DNA of 31,884 bases, taken from positions 1 to 31,884 of the forward strand of contig CAXULY010000053.1 in NCBI GenBank assembly GCA_964252075.1, written 5' to 3'. Shown one piece after another: positions 9,909 through 18,944 of the stretch; the first letter of the stretch is position 1, and each line of letters begins with the position of its first letter. Source of the stretch: an uncultured Deinococcaceae bacterium (lineage in GTDB: Bacteria; Deinococcota; Deinococci; Deinococcales; Deinococcaceae). The translations under genes were made by a program, and so were the position numbers. The notes beneath the pieces were generated by a model. The model searched no databases and was not told the origin of the DNA. It saw only the letters and a list, made by a program, of their open reading frames with translations.

Positions 9909-9944
9909 TTGAAAAAGTTGTACAAGAATTGTTATGGTTCTCAC
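9909..9944 (+). promoter_or_regulatory. Leaderless parAB promoter with TTGTACAA palindrome in the spacer
   Basis: TTGAAA (9909-9914), 18 nt, TATGGT (9933-9938, preceded by TGn), 6 nt, GTG 9945; TTGTACAA at 9918-9925. Confidence 0.7.
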
Positions 9945-10934
9945 GTGGATGAAACCGTGCTGAAGTCATCCAAACTGCGTGAGACGCTGTTCGACACCCT
10001 GAACAGCGTGCGCGCTGGCCACGTGCACCTAATCGAGATGTACCGTCAGCCGGTCGCGGCGCTGTTGAGCATCGAGGCGTATTGGGAGTTCAAGCGCTTG
10101 CGCGCGGCGGCCCGCCTTGCTGCGGAAAGGAAAACCATGTGGCGCATCGTCATCACCAACGTTTCGGGCGGCGAGGGGAAAACCACACTCACGCGCGAGC
10201 TGGCGTTCGCTCTCGCGGCGCGCGGCTACCGCGTCGCCCTGATGGACACCGATCCGCAGGCGAGCCTCACCAAGAGCCTGGGGCTGCATGACGACCCCAC
10301 CTCCAGCGCCCTCACGGCGGAGCAGACGGTCCTCCCGGTATTTCAAGTGACGGAAGGCGCCGTCCTCCCGCCCCCCATCCGCCTCCTGGGTGTGGACTTG
10401 TGGCCCGCGAACGACGAGCTCCGCAAAGCCGACCTGGAGATCACCAGTGACATCTCGCGCCTCGGGAACCTGCGAGACGCGGTGGATGGCCTGCAGGGCT
10501 ACGATTTCCTGCTGATCGACACGAAACCCGGCAACACGCCCCTGTTGGTCGCGGCGCTCGCGGCGGCGGACCACATGGTCGTCCCGGTCAGCGGCATCAA
10601 GGGCCTCGAAAACCTCGATCAGCTCGGTCGCCTCGCGAAGGCGGCGCGCGGTCACGCGCCCGGCATCGGCATCCGGCTGTTCATCCCCAACCGCATCCGC
10701 GCGCAGGTCAACCACCACAAGAAGGTGCTGGCCAGCCTGGAGGCGTACCAGGCGATCGCGCCGCTCGCGCCGTCCGTGCGGGACAGCCTCTCGGTGGTGG
10801 GCGGCGCGGCGGAGGTGCGCCAGCCGGTGATGGTGTTCAAACCGGCGAGCGACATCGCGCAGGATTACGAGGGCGTGGCGGGCGCGCTGCTGGAGGTGCT
10901 GGGCGTGAGCAGCGCGGCGGCGGTGGCCCGATGA
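9945..10934 (+). CDS. parA: ParA ATPase with N-terminal Phd/YefM-like domain
   Basis: NVSGGEGKTT, DTDPQASLT, YDFLLIDTKP; N-terminus SKLRETLFDTLNSV.AG...LIEMYRQPVAALLSIEAY. Confidence 0.92.
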   Translation: MDETVLKSSKLRETLFDTLNSVRAGHVHLIEMYRQPVAALLSIEAYWEFKRLRAAARLAAERKTMWRIVITNVSGGEGKTTLTRELAFALAARGYRVALMDTDPQASLTKSLGLHDDPTSSALTAEQTVLPVFQVTEGAVLPPPIRLLGVDLWPANDELRKADLEITSDISRLGNLRDAVDGLQGYDFLLIDTKPGNTPLLVAALAAADHMVVPVSGIKGLENLDQLGRLAKAARGHAPGIGIRLFIPNRIRAQVNHHKKVLASLEAYQAIAPLAPSVRDSLSVVGGAAEVRQPVMVFKPASDIAQDYEGVAGALLEVLGVSSAAAVAR

Positions 10935-11824
10935 GCGCCACCGGAAAGACCTTGACGCTGCCCGGCCTGAAGTCCGCCGCGGACTTGGCGGGGGACCTCA
11001 CCGGGGAGATGGTGACCCGAACCGTGGCGCTGAGCGCCATTGACGTGATGCCGGGCTTCAACCACCGCGGCCTGGGGGACCCTGAGGCCTTCGCGCCCCA
11101 GCGCCTCGAGGGGCTTGTGGCGAGCATCCGCGACCAGGGGCTGCTGGCTCCCCTGGTGCTGCGCCCGAAAGGGAGGCGGTTCGAGCTGGTGGCGGGCGAG
11201 CGCCGGTTCCACGCCGCGCGCCTCGCTGGCCTCACAGTCGTCCCGGCCGTGGTGCGTCCGCTGTCCGACGTGGACGCGCGCGCGGTCTCGCTGATGGAGA
11301 ACGTCCAGCGGGAAGGGGTGTCCATCGTGGAGCAGACCATCGCGGGCTTCGAGTTGATGTCGCTCGCGACGGGCTTGTCGCACGGTGACCTCGTGGCGCA
11401 CCTGAACCAGCTGCGAAACGCCACGGCCGAGGATCGCTTCGGTCTCACGGACCTCCTGCAGGCGACGTTCGGGACGTCCGTGTCCACCTGGGCGCAGACG
11501 CGGGCGCGCATCATGAAGCTGACGGACGAGGAGCGTTTGGCGGTGATTCAGCGGCGCGCGGACGCCAAGGCGCTGTTGCCCCTCACGGCGCTCGATCCGG
11601 CGCATCCGCTGCGGGCGCAGCTGTTGCGGCGCGTGCTCGAGGAGAACCTGTCCGCCAAGGATGTGGAGCGCCTGGTGCTGGAGGCGCGGCGTGCCGAACG
11701 GACGCCGAGCGTCGCCGATGAGGTGCGCCGCGCCCTCACGCGCTTCAATCGCCTTAAGGGCGAGCGGCGCGCCCGCGCGGAGGCGCTGTTGACTGAGCTG
11801 CACGCGCTCCTGAAGAAGCAGTGA
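10931..11824 (+). CDS. parB: ParB/RepB/Spo0J partition protein
   Basis: LVASIRDQGLLAPLVLR, ELVAGERRFHAA, ENVQRE; ATGA overlap with parA. Confidence 0.93.
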   Translation: MSATGKTLTLPGLKSAADLAGDLTGEMVTRTVALSAIDVMPGFNHRGLGDPEAFAPQRLEGLVASIRDQGLLAPLVLRPKGRRFELVAGERRFHAARLAGLTVVPAVVRPLSDVDARAVSLMENVQREGVSIVEQTIAGFELMSLATGLSHGDLVAHLNQLRNATAEDRFGLTDLLQATFGTSVSTWAQTRARIMKLTDEERLAVIQRRADAKALLPLTALDPAHPLRAQLLRRVLEENLSAKDVERLVLEARRAERTPSVADEVRRALTRFNRLKGERRARAEALLTELHALLKKQ

Positions 11825-11918
11825 GGGGTGAAGCGCCAGGGAAGCCGCTGGTCCGCTCAGTGGTGCACGCCTCCATCCGTCGGGCAGGCTGATCGTCCCC
11901 AGTGCATCACGCGATTCG

Positions 11919-12134
11919 GTAGACAACCGTTGTCTACGTTTTTGTTTGGCTTGCGGACGCAGCCAGTTGTGCCGCAGACCAGCGCTCCCACATCACGCCC
12001 GATAGATCTGAGCGTAGACAACCGTTGTCTACGCTCACTTCACCTATGGAATGCGCTGGTCCAAGTCGCGGGTCACTCCTGTTCAGATCTACCTTTGCGG
12101 GAGGGGGGAACAAGGCCAACCGTAGACAACCGTT
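11919..12134. repeat. Palindromic repeats GTAGACAAC-C-GTTGTCTAC (11919-11937; 12014-12032 within a 29-bp palindrome 12009-12037; partial 12121-12134), candidate parS
   Basis: Directly visible; about 100-bp spacing just downstream of parB. Confidence 0.8.
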
Positions 12135-12412
12135 AACTATCAGGTGAAGCGCACCCGACAGAGCCTGGCGTTCCCGCGTCACTCCCATAGATTTCCTCCC
12201 TCACAGGTGTGTCCTTTGCCCATGGATGGATCACGGTCCTGACTTGACGTGTCTGCTGGAGCGCTGACCGTGATGCCACGCGTGTGTCTCGTTATGCGGA
12301 CGGCCGGGCCTTCGCCAGGGCGATGAATGACGCCCTGGTGCGGTTGACGCTCAACGAGGATCAGGGAGCGGCGCCCACCTCACCATCAGGTCTGGACGTC
12401 AGGTTGAGGGTT

Positions 12413-12935
12413 CTACATGCGACCGCACCATTCGGCGGTGTCTTCCAGCTCCTGCACGGTGCAGCCCTCCGTCAGACCCGCCCGCTCCTGCAGAGTCCGC
12501 ACAGTGCGCGGGCCGCTGAGCGGCGCCCCACGCGCCCCGAAGGCCAAGCGCGCCTCCAGCGGCATCAGGCGGCCGCGCTCCCGCCGCTGCACGCTGCTCA
12601 ACACCGCCCAGCCCATCAGCGCCAGGAGCGCCACCAGATTTGTGAGGCGGACAACAGGGCCACGAATCACGAAGCAGGGTGTGGGCCACGCCACGGCGGT
12701 GGCTCACCAGCAGCGGCCACCGAATGAACCCCAGCCGTTCCCAGGCGCGCCGCGCTTTGTTGTGCTCGTGCAGCATGTCCAGGTCCGGCGTGACCAGCAC
12801 CGTCCCGACCAGCGCGCCGCACCACGCACCCAGACCCGCTGGGCTCCGAAGATCCACGCCGAGTCCCGTCGCGACGAGGCCCGCCGTGGCGATCACCGCG
12901 AGATTCACCAGCAGGTGCACGCGCCTGTCAGGCAT
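12413..12935 (-). pseudogene. DUF2227-like metal-binding membrane protein, frameshifted
   Basis: MP..RVH, TPDLD, AW..LG.IR.P..SHR.G.AH, then GPVVRL.NL in another frame. Confidence 0.7.
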
Positions 12936-13974
12936 GGGGCGCCACCTGGACGGGCCGCGCGACGCGACCCTGAAAGGGCCGCTCGAGCAGGACGTGCGCG
13001 GCCCACGCGAGGACGACCGCGACCGGCAGGACGAGCGCCGCGCCGAGCATGGGGGAGAGGTGCACCCGCGCGCCCAAAACGCCGCCCGCCAGCAGGACCG
13101 CGAAGTGCGTGGCGTACAGGGGATAACTGATGCGCCCCACGAACTGCACCCACGGCAGTGTCAGGAAATTCCAGGCGGCACCGGACCCAATCGCCAGCAG
13201 GACGAGCGCCGCACCAAGCGACGTCAGGTACCGCACCAGCACGAAGTCACTGCCGGTGATGTGCCGCTGCAGCAGCACCGCGAGGCCCAGCAGAAGCGTG
13301 GCCGTCGCCGCGCGCGGCGTGAGGCGCCACGTCAGGCGGCTCGCCCAGGCGCCCAGCGCGAACAGCGGGAAGCACACCGCTTGGTCCCAGCCACGCAGTG
13401 CGAGCAGCACGCCCAGCAGCGCGAGGCCCGGTACCACCCAGCCGGAGCGCGTCACACGCCGGATGAGCGGCATCAGCGGCGCGACCTGCACCTCCACGAT
13501 CAAGGACCACAGCGGCGGCATGAGGGCGTTGGCGTTCAGGGCCGGGAAGGACAGGGTAAGCATCCCGAGGACGTCCGAGGCGGTGAGGGCGGCGCGCAGG
13601 TCGTGCATCACGAGGACGCTGAAGTCCGAGCCGGCCACAGCCGCCAGGGCCCGCACCGCGAAGCCGAGACCCACCGCGAGGTACGCGACGGGCAGGAGGC
13701 GTGCGGCGCGCCGCGCGAGGTACACCCAGAACACCCCGTTTCGCTGCAGGCTGCGCGCGATCACCCAGCCGCTCAGCACGAAGAACAGGTCCACGCTGGG
13801 GGCGCCCAGGTACCACAGGGCGAACTGCAGGTGCGTGGGCGGCCGATGCCCCCACGGCACGTACGCGAGCGCCGCGACGTGACTGAGGGCCACCGCAAGG
13901 GCGGCGAGGCCGCGCAGACCATCGAAGGCCGCGAGGCGCGCGGCGGTGCCCATGGGCGGAGACGAACCAGTCAT
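12928..13974 (-). CDS. Acyltransferase-3 (OafA-like) membrane acyltransferase
   Basis: DGLRGLAALAV..SH, VDLFFVLSGWVI, RRAARLLP, WSLIVEVQ, GRISYPLY..H, LLERP. Confidence 0.92.
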   Translation of the reverse strand: MTGSSPPMGTAARLAAFDGLRGLAALAVALSHVAALAYVPWGHRPPTHLQFALWYLGAPSVDLFFVLSGWVIARSLQRNGVFWVYLARRAARLLPVAYLAVGLGFAVRALAAVAGSDFSVLVMHDLRAALTASDVLGMLTLSFPALNANALMPPLWSLIVEVQVAPLMPLIRRVTRSGWVVPGLALLGVLLALRGWDQAVCFPLFALGAWASRLTWRLTPRAATATLLLGLAVLLQRHITGSDFVLVRYLTSLGAALVLLAIGSGAAWNFLTLPWVQFVGRISYPLYATHFAVLLAGGVLGARVHLSPMLGAALVLPVAVVLAWAAHVLLERPFQGRVARPVQVAPHA

Positions 13975-13975
13975 G

Positions 13976-15148
13976 TCAGCTCGCCCCGAAGGTCGAGAGC
14001 GAACCCGCACGCGGCCAATCCTGCATTTCCGCCACGAGACGCTCGGCCCGCACCGCACCGTCGTGGTCGGTCACCGGCACGCCCAGCCAGATCGCTTCAC
14101 GCACCACGGCTGCGCTCGCCGCGTGCGAGACGAGGCCGCTGCGGATCACCACCACATCCGCCCGGCGGACGCTCGACACCACCCAGCTCGCCGGGCGGTG
14201 CCGCCGGAGGGGGACGAAGGTCAGGGCGGCGCCACTGATCGCCTCGAACACCCGGCGCCTCTCCGCGCTGCGCGCGTCCCCGCCAACCAGCAGCACCTGA
14301 CGTCCCCGCAGGTCCGTCACGGGCGCCTCGCTGTGGGCCGTCACGACCCCGCTGAGCGCGGCGAGGACATCGGCCTCTGGCAGCGCCAGGACGGACAGGA
14401 GGTTCAGTCCCCGGATCTCCTGCTCTCCGTGATCTGCAAGGTGGCTGGCCAGGTCGTGCAGGAGGGTGGAGAGCGCGCTGCTGGATGGCGTAAGGCAAAA
14501 CAGCACCCGCAGGGTCGCCAAAGCGATCTCAGACACCGCCAGCACCTCAGCTGTCGCGGGCAGATGCGGGTCCGTGAGCCACGCGTCGAGGGACAGGGTC
14601 AAGCGCTCCCCGGTGCGCCTGATGAGTGGGTGCAGGGCGCCAGCGCGGCGCTCAGGGTCGACGGGGGGGCCGACGCGCCGGAGTGCCATGGGGGGCGTCG
14701 GCCCCTCCTGGTCGTCCGGGAGGACGGGTGTGTGCTGCAGTCGGCCGAGGGCGGCTGCCAGCGGCGCGGGGTACACGCCGGGCACGATGGCCGCGAGTGC
14801 ATGCAGCGCCGCCGCGCTGATCGGCACGCCGGACGCGCTGAGCGTATCGGCGAGGGCACGCGCGGTCCAGCCGGCACCCAGGCGCTCGCGCAGCAGGGCC
14901 ACCAGCGCCCTCGACGGCGTGACTTTCGCGGGCGGACGGGGGAAGCGGCGGGTGAGGGCTGCGGCGAGGCCCTGCGCGTCCGGTGCGGCGAGGGCGTAGC
15001 GGCGGCGCAGCACCTCAGCGACGTGACGCTCGCCGAGCTCCACGTCAGACCAAATGTCCGCGTGGGATGGCGCGCGCAGGGCAGCGACAGCAGCCGTGAC
15101 GGCAGGCGGTGCGTGCAGGGCGGCTTCAAGCAACGCGGTGTATTTCAT
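13976..15148 (-). CDS. Protein with C-terminal DUF2325-like domain
   Basis: VLLVGG ... ADVVVIRSGLVSHA.S..V..EA...GVPV. Confidence 0.75.
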   Translation of the reverse strand: MKYTALLEAALHAPPAVTAAVAALRAPSHADIWSDVELGERHVAEVLRRRYALAAPDAQGLAAALTRRFPRPPAKVTPSRALVALLRERLGAGWTARALADTLSASGVPISAAALHALAAIVPGVYPAPLAAALGRLQHTPVLPDDQEGPTPPMALRRVGPPVDPERRAGALHPLIRRTGERLTLSLDAWLTDPHLPATAEVLAVSEIALATLRVLFCLTPSSSALSTLLHDLASHLADHGEQEIRGLNLLSVLALPEADVLAALSGVVTAHSEAPVTDLRGRQVLLVGGDARSAERRRVFEAISGAALTFVPLRRHRPASWVVSSVRRADVVVIRSGLVSHAASAAVVREAIWLGVPVTDHDGAVRAERLVAEMQDWPRAGSLSTFGAS

Positions 15149-15332
15149 GGGTCACCAAGGGAAAGGGAAGCACGACCTGACGATGCATGCGCTGCACCGC
15201 TGAGTCACCGATCGCACTCCTCTGGGCGATCAGCGCCAACGCAACCGGGCGCCCCGCCGATCGGGGCGCACGACGCGGTCACGTCACTTGAAGGTGATGG
15301 GGAGGACGACCTTCATATACCCATGTGGGCGC

Positions 15333-15740
15333 GCGGGCGGACCTCCTATGGTGACTGCCCGCTGATGTTGAGTTTGGCTCGGTGAGACGCAGCGCGCGAG
15401 CCACCGTGGGTCGCCCGCCGCAGCAGGGGCGGCCCACTTCGCCTTGTTGGTGCGATCACAAAGCAAGGCGGCGCGAGATCCAACGAGCGACGCGCCGTAC
15501 GCTCGAACGCGGGGAGGGCCCGAATCCTCCCCACCGTGCTCCCCGGGTATGCGGGTTGAGCGCCCACGCGGGCCGACCTTCATGGGTCGGTCCGCTCATC
15601 CATAACGGGGAGCTCACAACATCGCGTGGCGCTCACGTTAGCCTCTGGAAGCGGGGAGAATTGAGCTCCTCTCCGCAGTGTTCCCCCGCTTTGTGTGGGG
15701 TTGAGCGCGGGGCGGGCCTCCACTCAGCCCGCCCTCTTTC
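15333..15740 (+). repeat. Array of three structured three-hairpin units (15333-15437, 15509-15595, 15651-15734), putative ncRNA or ssDNA element
   Basis: Non-coding; homologous in inverted orientation to 31098-31880. Confidence 0.8.
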
Positions 15741-15778
15741 TGCTTAAGCGTCGGACACCGACCGCAGAACGCAGGAGG

Positions 15779-15824
<46 letters not shown>

Positions 15825-15867
15825 TACGCGCGCCCGCCGCACCGGCGCTGGCGGTGTACAAGGATAC

Positions 15868-16548
15868 ATGGCGTATTTGGTTTCTCCTCACTTCCTTCAG
15901 CGGCCGACGTTCGATCTTGCCCCCCACCGTGCCGGACTGGAGGCGCTCCTCGAGCGCGCCCTGGCTGACGGCGGTGAACTCCGCCCGGGCGTGCTGCCGG
16001 TGCCGACCTGGCAGTTCCTGTGTTGGCTCGCCGATGAGCGCGGCTTTCTGTTGCACGGCACGGGCCGCACCCCCATGGAGCGCCTGGAGCCGCGGACCGC
16101 AAACGACACGGGCGCCTTCGGCGCGCAACGTGCGGTGTACGCGGCGAGCGACGGCATCTGGCCCATGTTTTTCGCGGTGCTCGACCGGACGCGCACCCCC
16201 ATGAGCATCTCCAATGCCGCCATCCGGGTGCAATCACCCGACGGCGCCGTCGGCGCGCCGCTGTACTTCTTCTCCATGACCGCTTCGGCGCGCGAGCAGC
16301 GACCGTTCCGTGAGGGCCGTGTGCACGTGCTGGCGCGCGATGGGTTCGATGAGGAAGCGCCGCGTGCGGTGGGTGAAGCGCGGGTGTGGCTGCACCATTG
16401 GGCGAGCCCGTGGCCCGTGCTTCCCCTGTTTTCGGTGCCCGTCACGCCGGAAGACTTCCCCTTCCTGGACGCCATTCGAGCGCACGATGACGCGGAACTC
16501 TTTCGCCGCGCGAAGGAGGACCCGGACGGCTTCCCGTGGGTGGACTGA
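15868..16548 (+). CDS. Hypothetical protein, possibly ADP-ribosyltransferase-like fold
   Basis: AAGGA RBS; LLHGT....LEPR and AVYAASD motifs. Confidence 0.75.
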   Translation: MAYLVSPHFLQRPTFDLAPHRAGLEALLERALADGGELRPGVLPVPTWQFLCWLADERGFLLHGTGRTPMERLEPRTANDTGAFGAQRAVYAASDGIWPMFFAVLDRTRTPMSISNAAIRVQSPDGAVGAPLYFFSMTASAREQRPFREGRVHVLARDGFDEEAPRAVGEARVWLHHWASPWPVLPLFSVPVTPEDFPFLDAIRAHDDAELFRRAKEDPDGFPWVD

Positions 16549-17059
16549 GGGCTGTGGTACCCGCTGCGCGGTGATCCATGACCGTCGGGCGCACCTGAGG
16601 CGCGTCAGGGTGTCCGTCGTGCGGGGCGGTGTGAACTCAGGTGAACCATGACCCGATGCATTGGATGCCCGGCCGTTTTGAGCGGCGCCTCACCGGTGCC
16701 TGATGGTGTATTCCAACGAGGCCGAGGTCCACTTCACCACCCCGCGGCACTGGAGCGCCACGGAGGCCGCCGGCACCTCGGCGGGTCGAGGCGGCCGGTC
16801 GGGCGGTGCACCGGTGATCCAGGTGCGGACTCTGGACGGTCTGACGGTCTCGGGGGTCGCGCAGTGAGGCAACTGAACCTCAAGCTCCAATCCCCTCACG
16901 TGTGCGGTCCGTCATTCGCGGCGCGCCAGGTCCCAGCGTGGCGTCCGTGCCTGGCCACCCGGCACCGCGGTGGTTTTCTCCCAGCGCGGTCCAGGTTTTG
17001 ATCGCATGGTGCGCCTGGCGGGTTCGCTGCTCACCGGGATCACCGGTGCCCTCCACGGG

Positions 17060-17165
17060 TGGCGCCTCCTGGCAGAGGCGCGCGATGAGGGCGCTGGCGT
17101 CCAGCACGAGCGGGGCGTCACCCTCTTGGTCGTTCACGGCCTGCGGTCGGGAGGCGAGGAGTTCC
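17060..17165 (-). pseudogene. Possible vapBC junction remnant (PIN-domain N-terminus)
   Basis: ELLASR..A followed by VLDASALIA.L.QE; no intact gene. Confidence 0.35.
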
Positions 17166-18344
17166 AGACCGAGGGCGCGGCCGCGTCAATGCAACGTTGG
17201 GTCGTTCAGCACCGGCGCAACGCTGACCTTCTCAGGCGCGCGGCGCGCTGGTGCACCCCGTCCCAGGCGTGGGCCAGGAGGTCAGCCACCGCACGCCCAC
17301 CCGCATCCCCTTGGCATCAACCCCGCAGTTCTGGCGCAGTGCGTGCACCTGACCCTGCTGACTGTCCCCATCGGGCGGTCCGCCTCTGCCATGTCAGGGG
17401 ACGTCATGCGAAGACGGCTGCGATGAGCGTCCCCAGCGCCTTCAAGAAGACCTGGACCAGGTCGATCCCGGCGTCGCTCGGTGCACCCACGGGCGGTGGA
17501 CGCGACCCTCAGCGGACGTAAGGACCATCACCATGCGCGGCCCACGGCGCGTGGGACGGTGGTCTGAGCGGTGACCGGCGCGTTCGCCTCAGCCCTGCCT
17601 GATGGAGGTCGTTGAACGCTTCCAGCGCGTCCATCACGTGGGGCGCCGCGGTCTGGGGAGGCATGACCAGCAGGTTCGGTGGGCAGGGGTGCGGCCGAAG
17701 CGCGTCACGCGCGGTGATGGAACACGAACAGCGGCGATGGCCGGTGGCCCACGCTGAGCTCCACTGCGGGCGCGGCTGGGCGATCAGGACCACTGCGGAC
17801 CCGACCGCACCAGCGAGGTCCGCCGGGCCACGCCACCCCGGCGGCGCCGGGCTTCGCGAAGCGCACGCCGGGCGCTGGAGGCCGCGCCCAGCGCCATGAC
17901 ATGCCGTGGGCGCGGCCAGAACCGCGGCGTCCAGTTGGGCGCCACGCACTGGCCAGGCACACGGGCACGTTGAGCAGCCATCCGGCCCACCGGACGGGCG
18001 AACGGTGGAGCCATGACCTGCGCACACCGCCCACCCACGCGACCCGCCCGTCCCCCCCGGGGGTGCCGTCTGCGTACAGGATCGCGCGCAGCGACCGCCG
18101 TACGATCTGGACGTCGTTCACCACATGGCCATCCTCAGGGGCGAACATGGACACCACGGCGGGTCACCGCCACAGCGCCGCACCGGTCCTCATGGACCGG
18201 CACGGTCGCCCCGGCGGGCACGCTGGCCGGGTGGAACGGTTGACGTCAGGGCGCGTCACGTGGCGGGCCCATGACCGTGGCGAGGACGCCGTGTGATTCG
18301 ACGTGATGCAGGACCGGGACCATCCGTTCCCTGGAGGTTGACGC

Positions 18345-18944
18345 ATGCGAAAACTCAGAATCATCGAGCACATTTCCCTTGACGGCGTGATCCAGCACAC
18401 CAGGGATGACGACCACTTCCCCTACGGCGACTGGACCGCGCCGTACCGGTCCCTCGAGGGCGGGCAGGTGATGCTCGCCGCGCACGGCGAGCGGGCCGAC
18501 CTGCTGCTCGGCCGCCGGACGTACGACATCTTTGCACCCTACTGGCCCCATGCGCCCGCGAGTCCGATGGCGGACCGCATGAACACCGCCACGAAGTACG
18601 TGGTGACGCGCCGCCCGGACAGCCTCACGTGGGGGCCGGCCGTGGCCATCGGGGCGAACCTGGTGGAGGACGTCCGCCGCATCAAGGCGCAGGACGGCCC
18701 GGACTTGATCCTGGTGGGGAGCTCGACCCTCACCTCGACGCTGCTGGAGCACGCACTCGCGGATGAAGTCGTGCTGGCCGTCAATCCCGTCCTGCTGGGC
18801 ACCGGGAAGCGGCTCTTCGCGCCGGGCACCCCGGCGCGCGGACTCGAGCTCGTGCGCACGCAGGCCCTCCCGTCCGGCATTGTCTTCACCACCTACGCGG
18901 TTGCGGGTCCGCTCGCCTCCGACCCGGTCAACAGCGACCCGTGA
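18345..18944 (+). CDS. Dihydrofolate reductase / RibD C-terminal family protein
   Basis: MRKL...HISLDGVIQ, LLLGRRTYD, GSSTL, DEVVL.V.PVLLG.GKRLF; GGAGG RBS. Confidence 0.92.
   Translation: MRKLRIIEHISLDGVIQHTRDDDHFPYGDWTAPYRSLEGGQVMLAAHGERADLLLGRRTYDIFAPYWPHAPASPMADRMNTATKYVVTRRPDSLTWGPAVAIGANLVEDVRRIKAQDGPDLILVGSSTLTSTLLEHALADEVVLAVNPVLLGTGKRLFAPGTPARGLELVRTQALPSGIVFTTYAVAGPLASDPVNSDP

Noticed and set aside
11825..12400. Replication origin
   Set aside because: No rep gene, iterons or AT-rich unwinding element seen; the palindromes fit parS better.
12679..15385. Long + strand ORFs (519 and 479 aa)
   Set aside because: Antisense shadows of the acyltransferase and DUF2325 genes.
16550..18340. 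Multiple ORFs in all frames
   Set aside because: No consistent codon bias or motifs apart from a short PIN-like fragment; appears to be degraded DNA.
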